Source: Pseudomonadota bacterium
GTDB lineage: Bacteria; Desulfobacterota; Desulfarculia; Desulfarculales; Desulfarculaceae
NCBI GenBank assembly: GCA_043804825.1
Contig: JAZDIQ010000019.1
Span: 18,223 to 82,222 of the forward strand
DNA: 64,000 bases
Direction of reading: 5' to 3'
Shown: positions 49,571 through 59,082 of the stretch, one piece after another
Numbering within the stretch: the stretch's first letter is position 1
How the letters are laid out: every line of letters begins with the position of its first letter
The notes under the pieces: generated by a model
The model's database searches: none
The model's input: the letters and a program-made list of their open reading frames with translations, nothing else
What the model was told of the DNA's origin: nothing
Translations under genes and position numbers: made by a program

Positions 49571-50907
49571 GCCAGACCGGCCCCGACAAGCCCGACGTGC
49601 GGGCCTTGCTGCAAGAGGTGGATGCCACGGTGCGGGAGAAGAAGGCCCAGGGCCTCTACGACCCCGCCGAGATCAGGCGCGTGGAGGAGGCGGCGGTCTC
49701 CTTCAGCCAGGCCGTGGAGGACTCCGCCGCCGCCGAGCTGGGCATCCTGCGCGCGGGCCTCAACCAGCTCTGGGACGCCAAGCAGTGGGGCGTCTCCACC
49801 CACCGCGAGGGGCTGGGCGCCCGCCTGGTGCTGGTGCTGAAAAAGCTGATCTACAAGCTGACCAAGTTCCCCATGAGCGTGTGGCTGGCCCGCCAGGTAT
49901 CTTTCAATGACAAGTTGGTCAAGGCTCTCAATCATCTCATCCCCCAGCACGTGGACCTCTTGCGCCGCCAGGCCCACTCCGACCGCCGCCTGGACGCCCA
50001 GGAGGACCTGAGCCGCGCGCTTAGCGAACGCCTGCGCCGCCAGGACCTGGCGGCACGCGAGGCCCTGGCCCGCCTGGAGGCCCTGGAGCGCGGCGCGGCC
50101 CAGGGCTCCATCCAGACCGAGCTCTTGCTGGCCCGCCTGCAAGAGATCGTGGAACGCCAGGCGGGGGCTGGCCTGGTCTCGGACGAGGCCGTGAGCCAGA
50201 TAAAGGCAGCCCGCGGCGCCAGCCGGGGGGCCTCCTACCTGGCCTTCGAGGACCTGCACCGGGGCAGCCGCGAACAGATCAAGCGTCAGCAGGGCATTTA
50301 CCTGGAGCACTTCAAAGACGCCGCCACCAAAGAAGCGCCGCTCTTGGACCTGGGCTGCGGCCGGGGCGAGTTCCTGGAGGCCGCCAAGGAGGCGGGCATC
50401 CCCGCCCGGGGCGTGGACATCAACCCCGAGATGGCCGCCCTGGGGCGCGACCTGGGCCTGGAGGTGGTCACCGCCGATGGCCTGGAATACCTGCGGGGGC
50501 TACCCGAGGCCAGCCTGGGCGGCATCCTCATGAGCCAGGTCATCGAGCACCTGGGCCTGGACGAGCTGACCGAGCTGGTGGGGCTGTGCGCCTCGCGCCT
50601 CAAGCCGGGTGGCGTGCTCATCGCCGAGACGGTCAACCCCCAGTGCCTCTCCACCTTTGCGGGGGCTTTCTATCTCGACCTGACCCACAACAAGCCCATC
50701 CACCCCGAGGCGGCGCGCTTCTTGTGGCGCTGGGCGGGCTTGCGCGAGGTGGAGGTCATGTACCTCTCGCCGGTGCCGCCCGAGCACCGCCTGCAACCCC
50801 TGGCCGCCGGAGGGCCGGAGCTGACCGACGTGTTCAACCGCAACGTGGAGCGGCTCAACAACCTGCTTTACAGCCACCTGGACTACGCCGTGAAGGGGCG
50901 CAAATAA
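49567..50907 (+). CDS. coiled-coil + class I SAM methyltransferase (probable glycan chain terminator)
   Basis: N-terminal heptad-rich region; FEDLHRGS, LDLGCGRGEF, QVIEHL, ETVNP, FYLDLTH. Confidence 0.85.
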   Translation: MSQTGPDKPDVRALLQEVDATVREKKAQGLYDPAEIRRVEEAAVSFSQAVEDSAAAELGILRAGLNQLWDAKQWGVSTHREGLGARLVLVLKKLIYKLTKFPMSVWLARQVSFNDKLVKALNHLIPQHVDLLRRQAHSDRRLDAQEDLSRALSERLRRQDLAAREALARLEALERGAAQGSIQTELLLARLQEIVERQAGAGLVSDEAVSQIKAARGASRGASYLAFEDLHRGSREQIKRQQGIYLEHFKDAATKEAPLLDLGCGRGEFLEAAKEAGIPARGVDINPEMAALGRDLGLEVVTADGLEYLRGLPEASLGGILMSQVIEHLGLDELTELVGLCASRLKPGGVLIAETVNPQCLSTFAGAFYLDLTHNKPIHPEAARFLWRWAGLREVEVMYLSPVPPEHRLQPLAAGGPELTDVFNRNVERLNNLLYSHLDYAVKGRK

Positions 50908-50910
50908 AAG

Positions 50911-53259
50911 ATGACCGCGTCCGGCCTCAGGTGCAGCTTCGTGCTGAGCTGGTTCGGCAAGCAGGTGCCCGGCGGGGCCGAGGCCGAGGCCAGGCGCACC
51001 GCCCAGAACCTGCGAGAAGCCGGGGTGGAGGTGCAGGTGCTCACCACCTGCCTAGGCGGCCTGGGCACCGACTGGGACGTGCAGGCCTATCCCGAGGGCT
51101 TCAGCGAAGAGGCGGGCCTCAAGGTGCGGCGTTTCGCCACCGCGCCCCGCGACGGCGGGCTGTTCAACGCCCTGAATGCCCGGGTGATGGCCGGCGAGGG
51201 CCTGGACGCCAAGGAAGAACGCCAGTTCTTCGAAAACATGGTCTTCAGCCCGACCTTGTTCAGCCACATCGCGGCGCACCCCGAGGAGGGGCCGTTCTTC
51301 TTCATCCCCTATCTGTTCACGCCCTCGGTGCTGGGGCCGCTGATTCATCCCCAGAAGAGCGTCATCATCCCCTGCCTGCACGACGAGGGCTACGCCCGCC
51401 TGGCGGCGGTGCGCCGGGCCTTCGAGACCGCCCGGGCCATCGTCTTCCACGTGCCGGCCGAGCAGCGCCTGGGCCGGGGCCTCTACGACCTCTCGCGCGG
51501 CGAGCCGCTCCTCTTGGGCGAGGGCATCGACACCGGCTGGGAGTTCGACGCCGCGCGCTTCCAGCAAAAATTCGCCCAGGACGCGCCCTTCATCCTCTAC
51601 GCCGGGCGCAAGGACGCCGGCAAGAACGTGCCCCTGCTTAGCCAGTACTTCCTGCGCTACAAGCAGGAGGGCCGCGGGCCGCGGGGCTTGAAGCTCTTGA
51701 TGATCGGCAACCTGCCGGCGCCCATCCCGGCCGGCGGGCACGAGCACATACAGGACCTGGGCTTCGTGGATTTGCAGGACAAGTACGACGCCTACGCCGC
51801 CGCCGAGGTGCTGATGCAGCCCTCCCTGATGGAGAGCTTCTCCATCGTGATCATGGAGGCCTGGCTGGCCGGCACGCCGGTGATGGTGCACGCCGGCTGC
51901 GCGGTGACCAAGGACCACGTGGAGATGAGCGGCGGCGGGCTCTACTTCAAGGACTACCCCAGCTTCGCCGAGGGACTGGACCTGATGCTGGCCCGGCCGG
52001 AGCTGCGCGCGCAAATGGCAACGGCGGGCAAGGCCTACGTGCTGGACAACTACGGCTGGCCCCAGGTCACCGAGCGCTACCTGAAGCTGATCCAGCGCCT
52101 GGCGACCGAGCCCACGCCCCCGGCCAAGTCCGACTGGCGCGCCCCGGCCCCGATCAAGGCCGCGCCCCGCCGTGGGCCGGCCGTGCACCAGATGCTGGCC
52201 GACTTCGCCTTTGGCGACGCCATCGGCTCGGAGGTGCTGGCCTTCCAGAAGCTCTTCCGCTCCTGGGGCTTTGCCTCCGACATCTTCGCCGTCAACTATG
52301 ACCACCGGCTACGCGGCCGCGCCCGGCCGGTGGAGGACTACGCGGCCCAGGCCGGGCCGGATGACGTGCTGATCTTTCATTTCTCCATCGGCACCGACCT
52401 GGCCGACCAGCTACTCAAGCTGCCGGGGCGCAAGGTGATGCGCTACCACAACATCACCCCGGCCGATTTCCTGGAGGGCATCAACCCGGCCAGCGCCGAG
52501 CGCTGCCGCCAGGGGCGGGCGCAGTTGGCCCGCCTGGCCCCGGCCATGGAGCTGGGCCTGGGCGCCAGCCAGTACAACTGCGGCGAGCTGCGGGCCGCCG
52601 GCTGCCCCCGGGTGGCCGAGCTGCCCATCCTCCTGGACCTGGAGGTGCTGGACACCCCGCCGGACCAGAACGTCATCGACCGCTTCGCCGAGGGCCCCAC
52701 GGTGCTGCACGTGGGGCGCATCGTGCCCAACAAGAAGATCGAAGACCTGATCAAGGCCCACTTTTGGCTCAGCCGCCTAGTGCCCGGCAGCCGGCTGCTC
52801 CTGGTGGGCTCCGAGGGCGGCTGGGGTCCCTACGCCGGCGGCCTGCGCAACCTGGTCACGGAGCTGGGCGTGCCGGGGGTGCATTTCTCGGGGCACGTGA
52901 GCTTCGCGGCCCTGATGGCCTATTACCGCGCCGCCTCGCTGTACCTGTGCCTGAGCGAGCACGAGGGCTTCTGCGTGCCCCTGGTGGAGGCCATGCACTT
53001 TGGCCTGCCCATCGTGGCCCACGACTCCACCGGCGTGGGCGGCACCCTGGCCGAGGGCGGCGTCCTCTTGCCCCGCAAGGACCCCATCCACACCGCCGAG
53101 GTCATCGCCAGGGTGTTGAGCGACCCCGGCCTGCGCCAGGGCCTGGCCCGGGCCTCCCGCGCCCGCCTGGAGCGCTTTCGGCCGGCGCGAGTGGCCGGCG
53201 AGCTGCGCCAGATATTGCGCGATCGCCTGGGCCTGAGCCTGAGCGGAGACGCCGGATGA
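50911..53259 (+). CDS. tandem two-domain GT4 glycosyltransferase
   Basis: GGAE...YAGRKD..K...PS..ESFSIV.MEAW; second domain GDAIG...VGRIVPNK...SEHEGFCVPLVEAM. Confidence 0.9.
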   Translation: MTASGLRCSFVLSWFGKQVPGGAEAEARRTAQNLREAGVEVQVLTTCLGGLGTDWDVQAYPEGFSEEAGLKVRRFATAPRDGGLFNALNARVMAGEGLDAKEERQFFENMVFSPTLFSHIAAHPEEGPFFFIPYLFTPSVLGPLIHPQKSVIIPCLHDEGYARLAAVRRAFETARAIVFHVPAEQRLGRGLYDLSRGEPLLLGEGIDTGWEFDAARFQQKFAQDAPFILYAGRKDAGKNVPLLSQYFLRYKQEGRGPRGLKLLMIGNLPAPIPAGGHEHIQDLGFVDLQDKYDAYAAAEVLMQPSLMESFSIVIMEAWLAGTPVMVHAGCAVTKDHVEMSGGGLYFKDYPSFAEGLDLMLARPELRAQMATAGKAYVLDNYGWPQVTERYLKLIQRLATEPTPPAKSDWRAPAPIKAAPRRGPAVHQMLADFAFGDAIGSEVLAFQKLFRSWGFASDIFAVNYDHRLRGRARPVEDYAAQAGPDDVLIFHFSIGTDLADQLLKLPGRKVMRYHNITPADFLEGINPASAERCRQGRAQLARLAPAMELGLGASQYNCGELRAAGCPRVAELPILLDLEVLDTPPDQNVIDRFAEGPTVLHVGRIVPNKKIEDLIKAHFWLSRLVPGSRLLLVGSEGGWGPYAGGLRNLVTELGVPGVHFSGHVSFAALMAYYRAASLYLCLSEHEGFCVPLVEAMHFGLPIVAHDSTGVGGTLAEGGVLLPRKDPIHTAEVIARVLSDPGLRQGLARASRARLERFRPARVAGELRQILRDRLGLSLSGDAG

Positions 53260-54440
53260 GCCCGGGCCTGGTCCTGGACGGCCGGCCCCTGCAGCCAGGC
53301 TTCAAGGCCCACGCCCAGCGGGGCATTGGCCGCTACGCCAAGAACCTGCTGGCGGCGCTGCTGCCCCTGTTGGACCCGGCGCGGGTGAGCTTTCTCATCC
53401 AGGCCAACCTGCCCGACCCCGAGCTGCCCGCCGACATCCCGCGCCTGCGGGCGCCCTTTTTTCCGCCCATCATCCCGGTGGGCAAGAAGCTCATCTCCTA
53501 TCATCTCTTCACGCCCCTGGCCCTTAGGCCCGCCTGGCGGGCCGGCCAAGTGGCGCACTTCCTTAGCCACCTGGACTCCCCCAGCCTGATCGGGCCGCGC
53601 ACGGTCATCACCGTGCACGACCTCATCGCCCAGCGCCTGGCGGGGCTCTACCAGGGCAAGCGCAGCAACGCCCGCTTTCGCCTGGAGCGCTGGCTGGAGA
53701 CCCGCTGCCTGAGCCAGGCCGCGCGCCTGATCGCCGTGAGCCAGTGCACCCGCCAGGACCTGGCCGAGCTTTACGGCCTGGACCCGGGGCGCATCGCCGT
53801 CATCCCCGAGGCCGCCGACCCCGGCCTGACCCCCGTGGAGGACCCGGCGCTCCGCCTGCCGGTGCTGGCTCGCCACGGCCTGGACCCGGCCCAGCCCTTC
53901 TACCTCTACCTGGGCGGCATCGACCAGCGCAAGGGCCTGGACAGCCTCTTGGCCGCCCTCCAGGCCCTCAAGGAGCAAGGCCGGCCTCACCAACTGGCCC
54001 TGGCCGGACGCATTGAGGGCGATCGCCAGTACCCCCTGCTATTGAAAAACATCGAGCAACGCGGCCTGGGCCAGGCGGTCAGGCTCTTGGGCTACGTGCC
54101 CGACAGCGACCTGCCGGCCCTGTTCAGCGCCTGCCTGGCCTTTGTCTTTCCCTCGCTCTACGAGGGCTTCGGCCTGCCGCCCCTGGAGGCTTTTGCCTGC
54201 GGGGCGCCGGTGGTGGCGGTGAGGGCCTCGGCGGTGCCCGAGGTGGTGGGCGAGGCTGGTATACTGGTGGAACCAGGCGACGAGGCCGCCCTGGCCGAGG
54301 CCCTGGGGGCGCTGGCCCAGCTGCCGGAGTTGGCCGCCGAGCTGCGCGACAAGGGCCGGCGGCGCGCCGTCCTGTTCTCCTGGCCCAGGGCGGCGCGGGA
54401 GACCCTGGCCATCTACCGGGAGGTGGGCGGTGAGGTTTGA
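53256..54440 (+). CDS. GT4 glycosyltransferase (MtfB/WbdA-like)
   Basis: RGIGRY, TVHDL, AVS, LGG...RK, FPSLYEGFGLPPLEA. Confidence 0.92.
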   Translation: MSPGLVLDGRPLQPGFKAHAQRGIGRYAKNLLAALLPLLDPARVSFLIQANLPDPELPADIPRLRAPFFPPIIPVGKKLISYHLFTPLALRPAWRAGQVAHFLSHLDSPSLIGPRTVITVHDLIAQRLAGLYQGKRSNARFRLERWLETRCLSQAARLIAVSQCTRQDLAELYGLDPGRIAVIPEAADPGLTPVEDPALRLPVLARHGLDPAQPFYLYLGGIDQRKGLDSLLAALQALKEQGRPHQLALAGRIEGDRQYPLLLKNIEQRGLGQAVRLLGYVPDSDLPALFSACLAFVFPSLYEGFGLPPLEAFACGAPVVAVRASAVPEVVGEAGILVEPGDEAALAEALGALAQLPELAAELRDKGRRRAVLFSWPRAARETLAIYREVGGEV

Positions 54441-56040
54441 CCTGCCGGCGGCACAGCGCAGCCAACTGATCTTGCAGACGGCCCTGGCCCTGACCGTGGG
54501 CCTGGCGGTGTACTTCCTGTGGCCCCTGACCGGACTGGGCCGCCTGGGGCGCGAGGAGGTCTGGTTCGGCCTGGGCTGGGCCTTGCTCCTGGCCCTGCCC
54601 AGCCCGCGCGGGCCGGCCGAGGAGACCTCGGCCCCCGAGGCCGACCAGGAGAGCCAGTCTTCCTTCAGCCCCCGGGCCTGCCGTAGCGTCTCCCTGCTGG
54701 CGGGAGGGCTGTTCGTGGCCCTGTTGGTGGCCGGCCGCGAGTTGGGCAACTACAAGCTCTGGCTGGGGCTGGTCTACCTGGGGGCCATCAGCCTGCGCCT
54801 GGCTGGTCTGAGCCTGGAGCTGCGCCAGGCCCTGCCCCCCCATCCCCGCCGCGACCTGCACCTAGCGCTGATCATGGCCGGGCTTACCGGCCTGGCCGGC
54901 CTTCTCATCATTCCCTGGGCGCGCCCGGACTTGGTTGCCTTCTGGCCGCCCCCGCGGGGGGTTTTGCGCCCCCTGGCCGCCTGCCTGTTGTGGGGCGGCG
55001 TGGTGGGCGCGCTGCTTTTGGCCTTGCGTCAGTGGGGCCTGAGCGGACGCGCCACCTGGCTGATCTTCCTGGCCCTGGGGTTGGGGCCGGGTCCGGCCCT
55101 GGCCGTGAGCTGGTTCCAGTTGCTGCCCCTGGCCCTGACCTTCCTGGTGCTGGCGGCCTTAAGCCTGCCCCGCCTCTTGCGGCCGCTGCCCGATACCGCC
55201 ACCTCCCAGCCGGCGCCGGAGCCCCTGCCCCTGTACTGGCTGGTGCGGGCGCTGCTCCTCATGTGGTGGGGGGTGGGGGCGGCCTTCACCCTGGCCCTGG
55301 CCTGGTGGCAACCCCGGGCCGGCGCCCTGTTCAGCGAGAGCATCTGGCTACGGGGCGTGGGGCTGGGGGCCTTCCTGGTGGCCTGCGCCGGCCTGCTGAC
55401 CGAGTACTCCCTGCCGCTGTTGGGACGGCCCGAGGTGAGCGTTCGCCAACGCCGGCAGGGGCCGGCCCAGGGCATCATTCTTTCCTGCTTGGCCATCCTG
55501 GCCGCCCTGAGCCCCCTGCTCCTGGCCCGCCCGCCGGCCGCCGAGACCCGGACCGCGCCGCTGCCCAACGAGTCTCGGGCCGAGCTACTGCCGCAGACCC
55601 GCAGCCTGGACCCCGCCCACCCCGAGATGGAGCTGAAGGTGCCGGGCTGGCTCAGCGGCATCAACAGGGTCTTCGTGGTCAGCCTGCTGGCCCACGGCGC
55701 CGAGGTGGCCCAGGGCGAGGCCGTGGCCCAACTGGTGGCCACCGACGACCAGGACATACCCCATATCTTCAGCTTGCGCGCCGGCGTGGACACCTCGGAG
55801 TGGGCCCTGCAAAAGCGCGAGGTGGCCACCAGCGCCCGCCACGCCCAGGCCCGGCCGGCCCAGAGCTGGCAGGTCTTCGAGCCCACGGGCGAGGCCTTCC
55901 AGGCCCACATTTACTACACCGGCCTGTTCCTGGGCAGCGAGGTCCACCGCCTTAAAACCGTCACCCTGCGCTATTTGTACCAGAACCCGCCCAGCCGCCA
56001 GCCGGTGGTCCTGGAGGTCAGAAGGGTCTTCCTCAACTAG
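54430..56040 (+). CDS. hypothetical multi-pass membrane protein with C-terminal soluble domain
   Basis: About 11 hydrophobic segments followed by a beta-rich domain (FSLRAGVDTSEW); overlaps the upstream GT stop. Confidence 0.7.
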   Translation: MRFDLPAAQRSQLILQTALALTVGLAVYFLWPLTGLGRLGREEVWFGLGWALLLALPSPRGPAEETSAPEADQESQSSFSPRACRSVSLLAGGLFVALLVAGRELGNYKLWLGLVYLGAISLRLAGLSLELRQALPPHPRRDLHLALIMAGLTGLAGLLIIPWARPDLVAFWPPPRGVLRPLAACLLWGGVVGALLLALRQWGLSGRATWLIFLALGLGPGPALAVSWFQLLPLALTFLVLAALSLPRLLRPLPDTATSQPAPEPLPLYWLVRALLLMWWGVGAAFTLALAWWQPRAGALFSESIWLRGVGLGAFLVACAGLLTEYSLPLLGRPEVSVRQRRQGPAQGIILSCLAILAALSPLLLARPPAAETRTAPLPNESRAELLPQTRSLDPAHPEMELKVPGWLSGINRVFVVSLLAHGAEVAQGEAVAQLVATDDQDIPHIFSLRAGVDTSEWALQKREVATSARHAQARPAQSWQVFEPTGEAFQAHIYYTGLFLGSEVHRLKTVTLRYLYQNPPSRQPVVLEVRRVFLN

Positions 56041-56219
56041 CCCTGTCTCCCCGCGCCCCGCCGGCCCGCGCCGCGAAAAATTGTGCCGCCCACCCCGCGG
56101 GCCGGGTGTTTTTTTCGCACCCCCGTCGCCAGCGCCCCGCCGGCGCAGGCAGCCTACTCTCCGCATAACCCACCGGCATGGTATTGTTTATCCCGCGGGC
56201 ATCGCCGTCGCGTCTTGTT

Positions 56220-56235
56220 TGGCACGCCCCCTGCT
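56220..56235 (+). promoter_or_regulatory. sigma54 -24/-12 promoter
   Basis: TGGCACGCCCCCTGCT (GG-N10-GC), 40 nt upstream of ATG 56275. Confidence 0.75.
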
Positions 56236-56274
56236 ATCTACCAGGGCACGAATCAACCACGCAGGAGGACAAAG

Positions 56275-56586
56275 ATGAGACGTACAGGCACTTTGATAAT
56301 GGCCCTGGCCCTGGTGGCGGGCATGGCGGTCTACGCCTGGGCCTTTGAGGGCGGATACGGCATGGGTTGGGGCGGTCACATGATGAACCCCGGCTACCAC
56401 ATGTCCCAGGGCTACGGACCGGGCTATGGCATGGGTTACGGCATGGGACGGGGCGCCAACTACGCCAACGCCAGCACCACCGATGACGGCTGGGCCATGG
56501 GGCCGGGCTACTGCTGGGGCCAGGACCAGGGGACCTACCAGGCCGACCCCGGCGCCGGCGCCGATGACGAGAAGGAACTGCGCTAG
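56275..56586 (+). CDS. small secreted Gly/Met/Tyr-rich protein
   Basis: RBS AGGAGG; signal peptide ending in AWA; mature part GYGMGWGGHMM..GYHM..GYGPGYGMGYGMG. Confidence 0.8.
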   Translation: MRRTGTLIMALALVAGMAVYAWAFEGGYGMGWGGHMMNPGYHMSQGYGPGYGMGYGMGRGANYANASTTDDGWAMGPGYCWGQDQGTYQADPGAGADDEKELR

Positions 56587-56621
56587 CCAATCCAGATCGG
56601 CACAAGTCAGACGCATAAGGC

Positions 56622-56647
56622 GCGGCCCCGGGCGATCCCGGGGCCGT
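56622..56647. terminator. terminator hairpin between convergent genes
   Basis: GCGGCCCCGGG-cgat-CCCGGGGCCGT followed by TGCTTT. Confidence 0.65.
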
Positions 56648-56682
56648 TGCTTTGCGCCGGCCGGGGATCGCGGGCGCGGGCC

Positions 56683-58797
56683 TCAGGCCTGGGGGAAGCT
56701 GCCCAGCTTCACGCCCGCCAGCTTGCGCCGCACCTCCCGGCAGAGGTTGAGCAGGGACTTGTTGTCGGCCAGGCCCTGGTGGCAGGTCAGATCCGGGCTG
56801 TCGCAGAAGGCCTGGGCCAGGGCCCGGGCGGCCTGGGCCTGCTCGGCGCGCAACAGGGCTTGCAGGGCCAGGTCCAGTTGGGGTTGGCCGGTGGAGGTCT
56901 CCTCGGCCAGGGCCTTTTGTCCCCGGGCCACCAGCACCCCCAGCACCTTGCCGAAGGTCTGCATCTTGGGGTCGGGGTGGTTGGCCAGCACCGTTTGCAG
57001 GGATTGCGCGAACTGATACACCGGACGGCTGGCGTACTGGTCGAAGTTGAGAAAAAAGGGCCTTAGCTTGTGGGTCAGCTCGAAGAGGAACTGCAAAGCC
57101 TCGCGCTGCTGGCGCCGGGCCAGTAGCCTCTCCAGGTGCTCCACGGCCTTGAGGCAGGCCTGTTGGCTGGGGTCCAGGCTCTGGGCCTGGGCATCCTGGC
57201 CCACGTCCTGAAACTGGCTGATAAGCCGCTTGAGCAAGGGCGCCATCACCGGGTTGCGGTAAAAATTATCCTCCGAGGGCAGACTGGGGTCCACGTAGAT
57301 GGCCTGCACCACGGTGCCGGCGGCCTCGCGCTCCAGGGCCTCGGCCTTGGCGGGGTTCTTGGCCACGATCTGCCGGGCCTTGGTCTGGAAGGCCACGGCC
57401 AGATTGTAGAGCACCACGCCGGCAAAGCCCGGCTTTAGCTCCAGAAGCTGCTGATAGGCCTCTATGGCCTCGTCGGTGTGCCCCCGCTGGCGCAACTGGG
57501 TGCCCAGGAAGTTGAGCTTGATACACGCCTGGTCCTTGAATTCGGGCTGCTCGGCGGCCCGCAGGAAATAATCGCGGGCAACGGGGAAGTCGTTTTCATA
57601 GAAAGCGCCCATGCCCATGCCGATGAGATGGCGTCCGGAGAGTTCCGCCCCCCCCTTGACCTTGGTCCCCAGCACGGACTTGACCAGCTTGCCCAGCTCC
57701 CTGAGCACGGGGCTGTTCTCGTCCACCACCTGGTCCAGCTCCAGGGACAGGATGTCGTCGGCGATGCCGGTGATCACCTCGGCGCGTTTGGCGTCCTGGT
57801 CCTGGGGCCTGACCAACTGGATGGTGCGGGCCTTTTCCATGGCCTTGCCGTAATTGCTCACAGCCTCGTTCAACAGGCCGGCGATCATCGCCTGGTCGGG
57901 CTCCGCGCCGCGCTGCTTGCAGTCCTCCAGGTGCTCCTTGACCTGGGTCAGGCGCAGGTTGCCGATCTCCTCGTTGGGTCCGGGCAGGGCCATGGACACC
58001 TGCTCGGCGTCGCGGAACATCTGCAAGGCCGGTGGGTAGCGCTTCTTCTTGATCAAGAGCCGCCCGCCCTCCAGATAGGCCGTGGCGCTGGTGGGCAGCA
58101 CCTCCATGGCCTGGCGGCACAGGGCGATGGCCTTGTCGTAATCCTTGGCCTGCTTGAGCTGCTCCACCTGGGCCATGATCTTCTCGGCCTCCTCGCGGCG
58201 CTGCTTGAGCTCCTCGGCCGATTTGTATTCCTTGAGTTCGCGGGTGCGCTGCTCGCGCTGCATGTAGAAGTCTTGCAGATAGCCCTGCAACTCCGCCGTG
58301 AGGCTTTCCATCTGCTCGGCGGCCGAGGCCCGCAGGTCTTGCACGCCCAGCATGAAGGCGCTCAGGATGCCGAACTCGAACAGCTCGCCGATGATGCGCG
58401 CGCGCATGTCGGCGTCCTGGGCCATGCTGAAGACCGGCACGCACTTGCCCACCGTCTCGGCCACGCCCTTGTTGGCGTTGGTGACCAGGCTGGCCAGGCC
58501 CGAGTAGAAGTCGTGGAAGCAATAATCCTCGTACTGGCGGCCGGTGGAGTCTTCCACCTTCTTGCGCGGATGGTTGACCAGTACCAGCCCGTCGGCCTGG
58601 CGCAGGTCGGCGAAGAGTTGCTTCATGGCCTGGAAGTAGTTGGGCTCCACCTTGGCCACGGTGACCATGACGAAGCCCAGGCGGGTCAGGGCGGCGGCCA
58701 CCTGCTTGAGCAGGCCCCGGTCGGCTATGAACAGCCTGATGGGGGTCTGCTGGTAGGGCCTGAGCAGGGATTGATCGCTGGCGAAACTGCTGGACAA
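56683..58797 (-). CDS. tetratricopeptide-repeat protein
   Basis: TPR patterns (YDKAIALCRQA...P; LG..LRQRG..DEAIEAYQQ.L...P....LYNLA); TTG start uncertain. Confidence 0.8.
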   Translation of the reverse strand: MSSSFASDQSLLRPYQQTPIRLFIADRGLLKQVAAALTRLGFVMVTVAKVEPNYFQAMKQLFADLRQADGLVLVNHPRKKVEDSTGRQYEDYCFHDFYSGLASLVTNANKGVAETVGKCVPVFSMAQDADMRARIIGELFEFGILSAFMLGVQDLRASAAEQMESLTAELQGYLQDFYMQREQRTRELKEYKSAEELKQRREEAEKIMAQVEQLKQAKDYDKAIALCRQAMEVLPTSATAYLEGGRLLIKKKRYPPALQMFRDAEQVSMALPGPNEEIGNLRLTQVKEHLEDCKQRGAEPDQAMIAGLLNEAVSNYGKAMEKARTIQLVRPQDQDAKRAEVITGIADDILSLELDQVVDENSPVLRELGKLVKSVLGTKVKGGAELSGRHLIGMGMGAFYENDFPVARDYFLRAAEQPEFKDQACIKLNFLGTQLRQRGHTDEAIEAYQQLLELKPGFAGVVLYNLAVAFQTKARQIVAKNPAKAEALEREAAGTVVQAIYVDPSLPSEDNFYRNPVMAPLLKRLISQFQDVGQDAQAQSLDPSQQACLKAVEHLERLLARRQQREALQFLFELTHKLRPFFLNFDQYASRPVYQFAQSLQTVLANHPDPKMQTFGKVLGVLVARGQKALAEETSTGQPQLDLALQALLRAEQAQAARALAQAFCDSPDLTCHQGLADNKSLLNLCREVRRKLAGVKLGSFPQA

Positions 58798-59082
58798 GTG
58801 GGTTTAAGCTCTCGCGCCTGGCTAGGGTTGGCGGGGTGCCCGGACGCCGTCCGCGCCCCCTCCCGCCCCGCGGGGGTCGGGGGCCGGCGGCCAGACGGCG
58901 GCGGGCGACAACCTCTCGGTGGCCCCATCCTGCCAAATGCCGGGGCAAAAGGCAATGCCCAGACCGGCATCGCCGCCCGCCATGGCTGGCGGCGGGGCAT
59001 ATCGTATTTTCCTATTTGACGCATAGCGATTTCGCCGGTTTTATTAGAGTCCAACTGGGCGCCGATCTCCAACCCCTACCGG

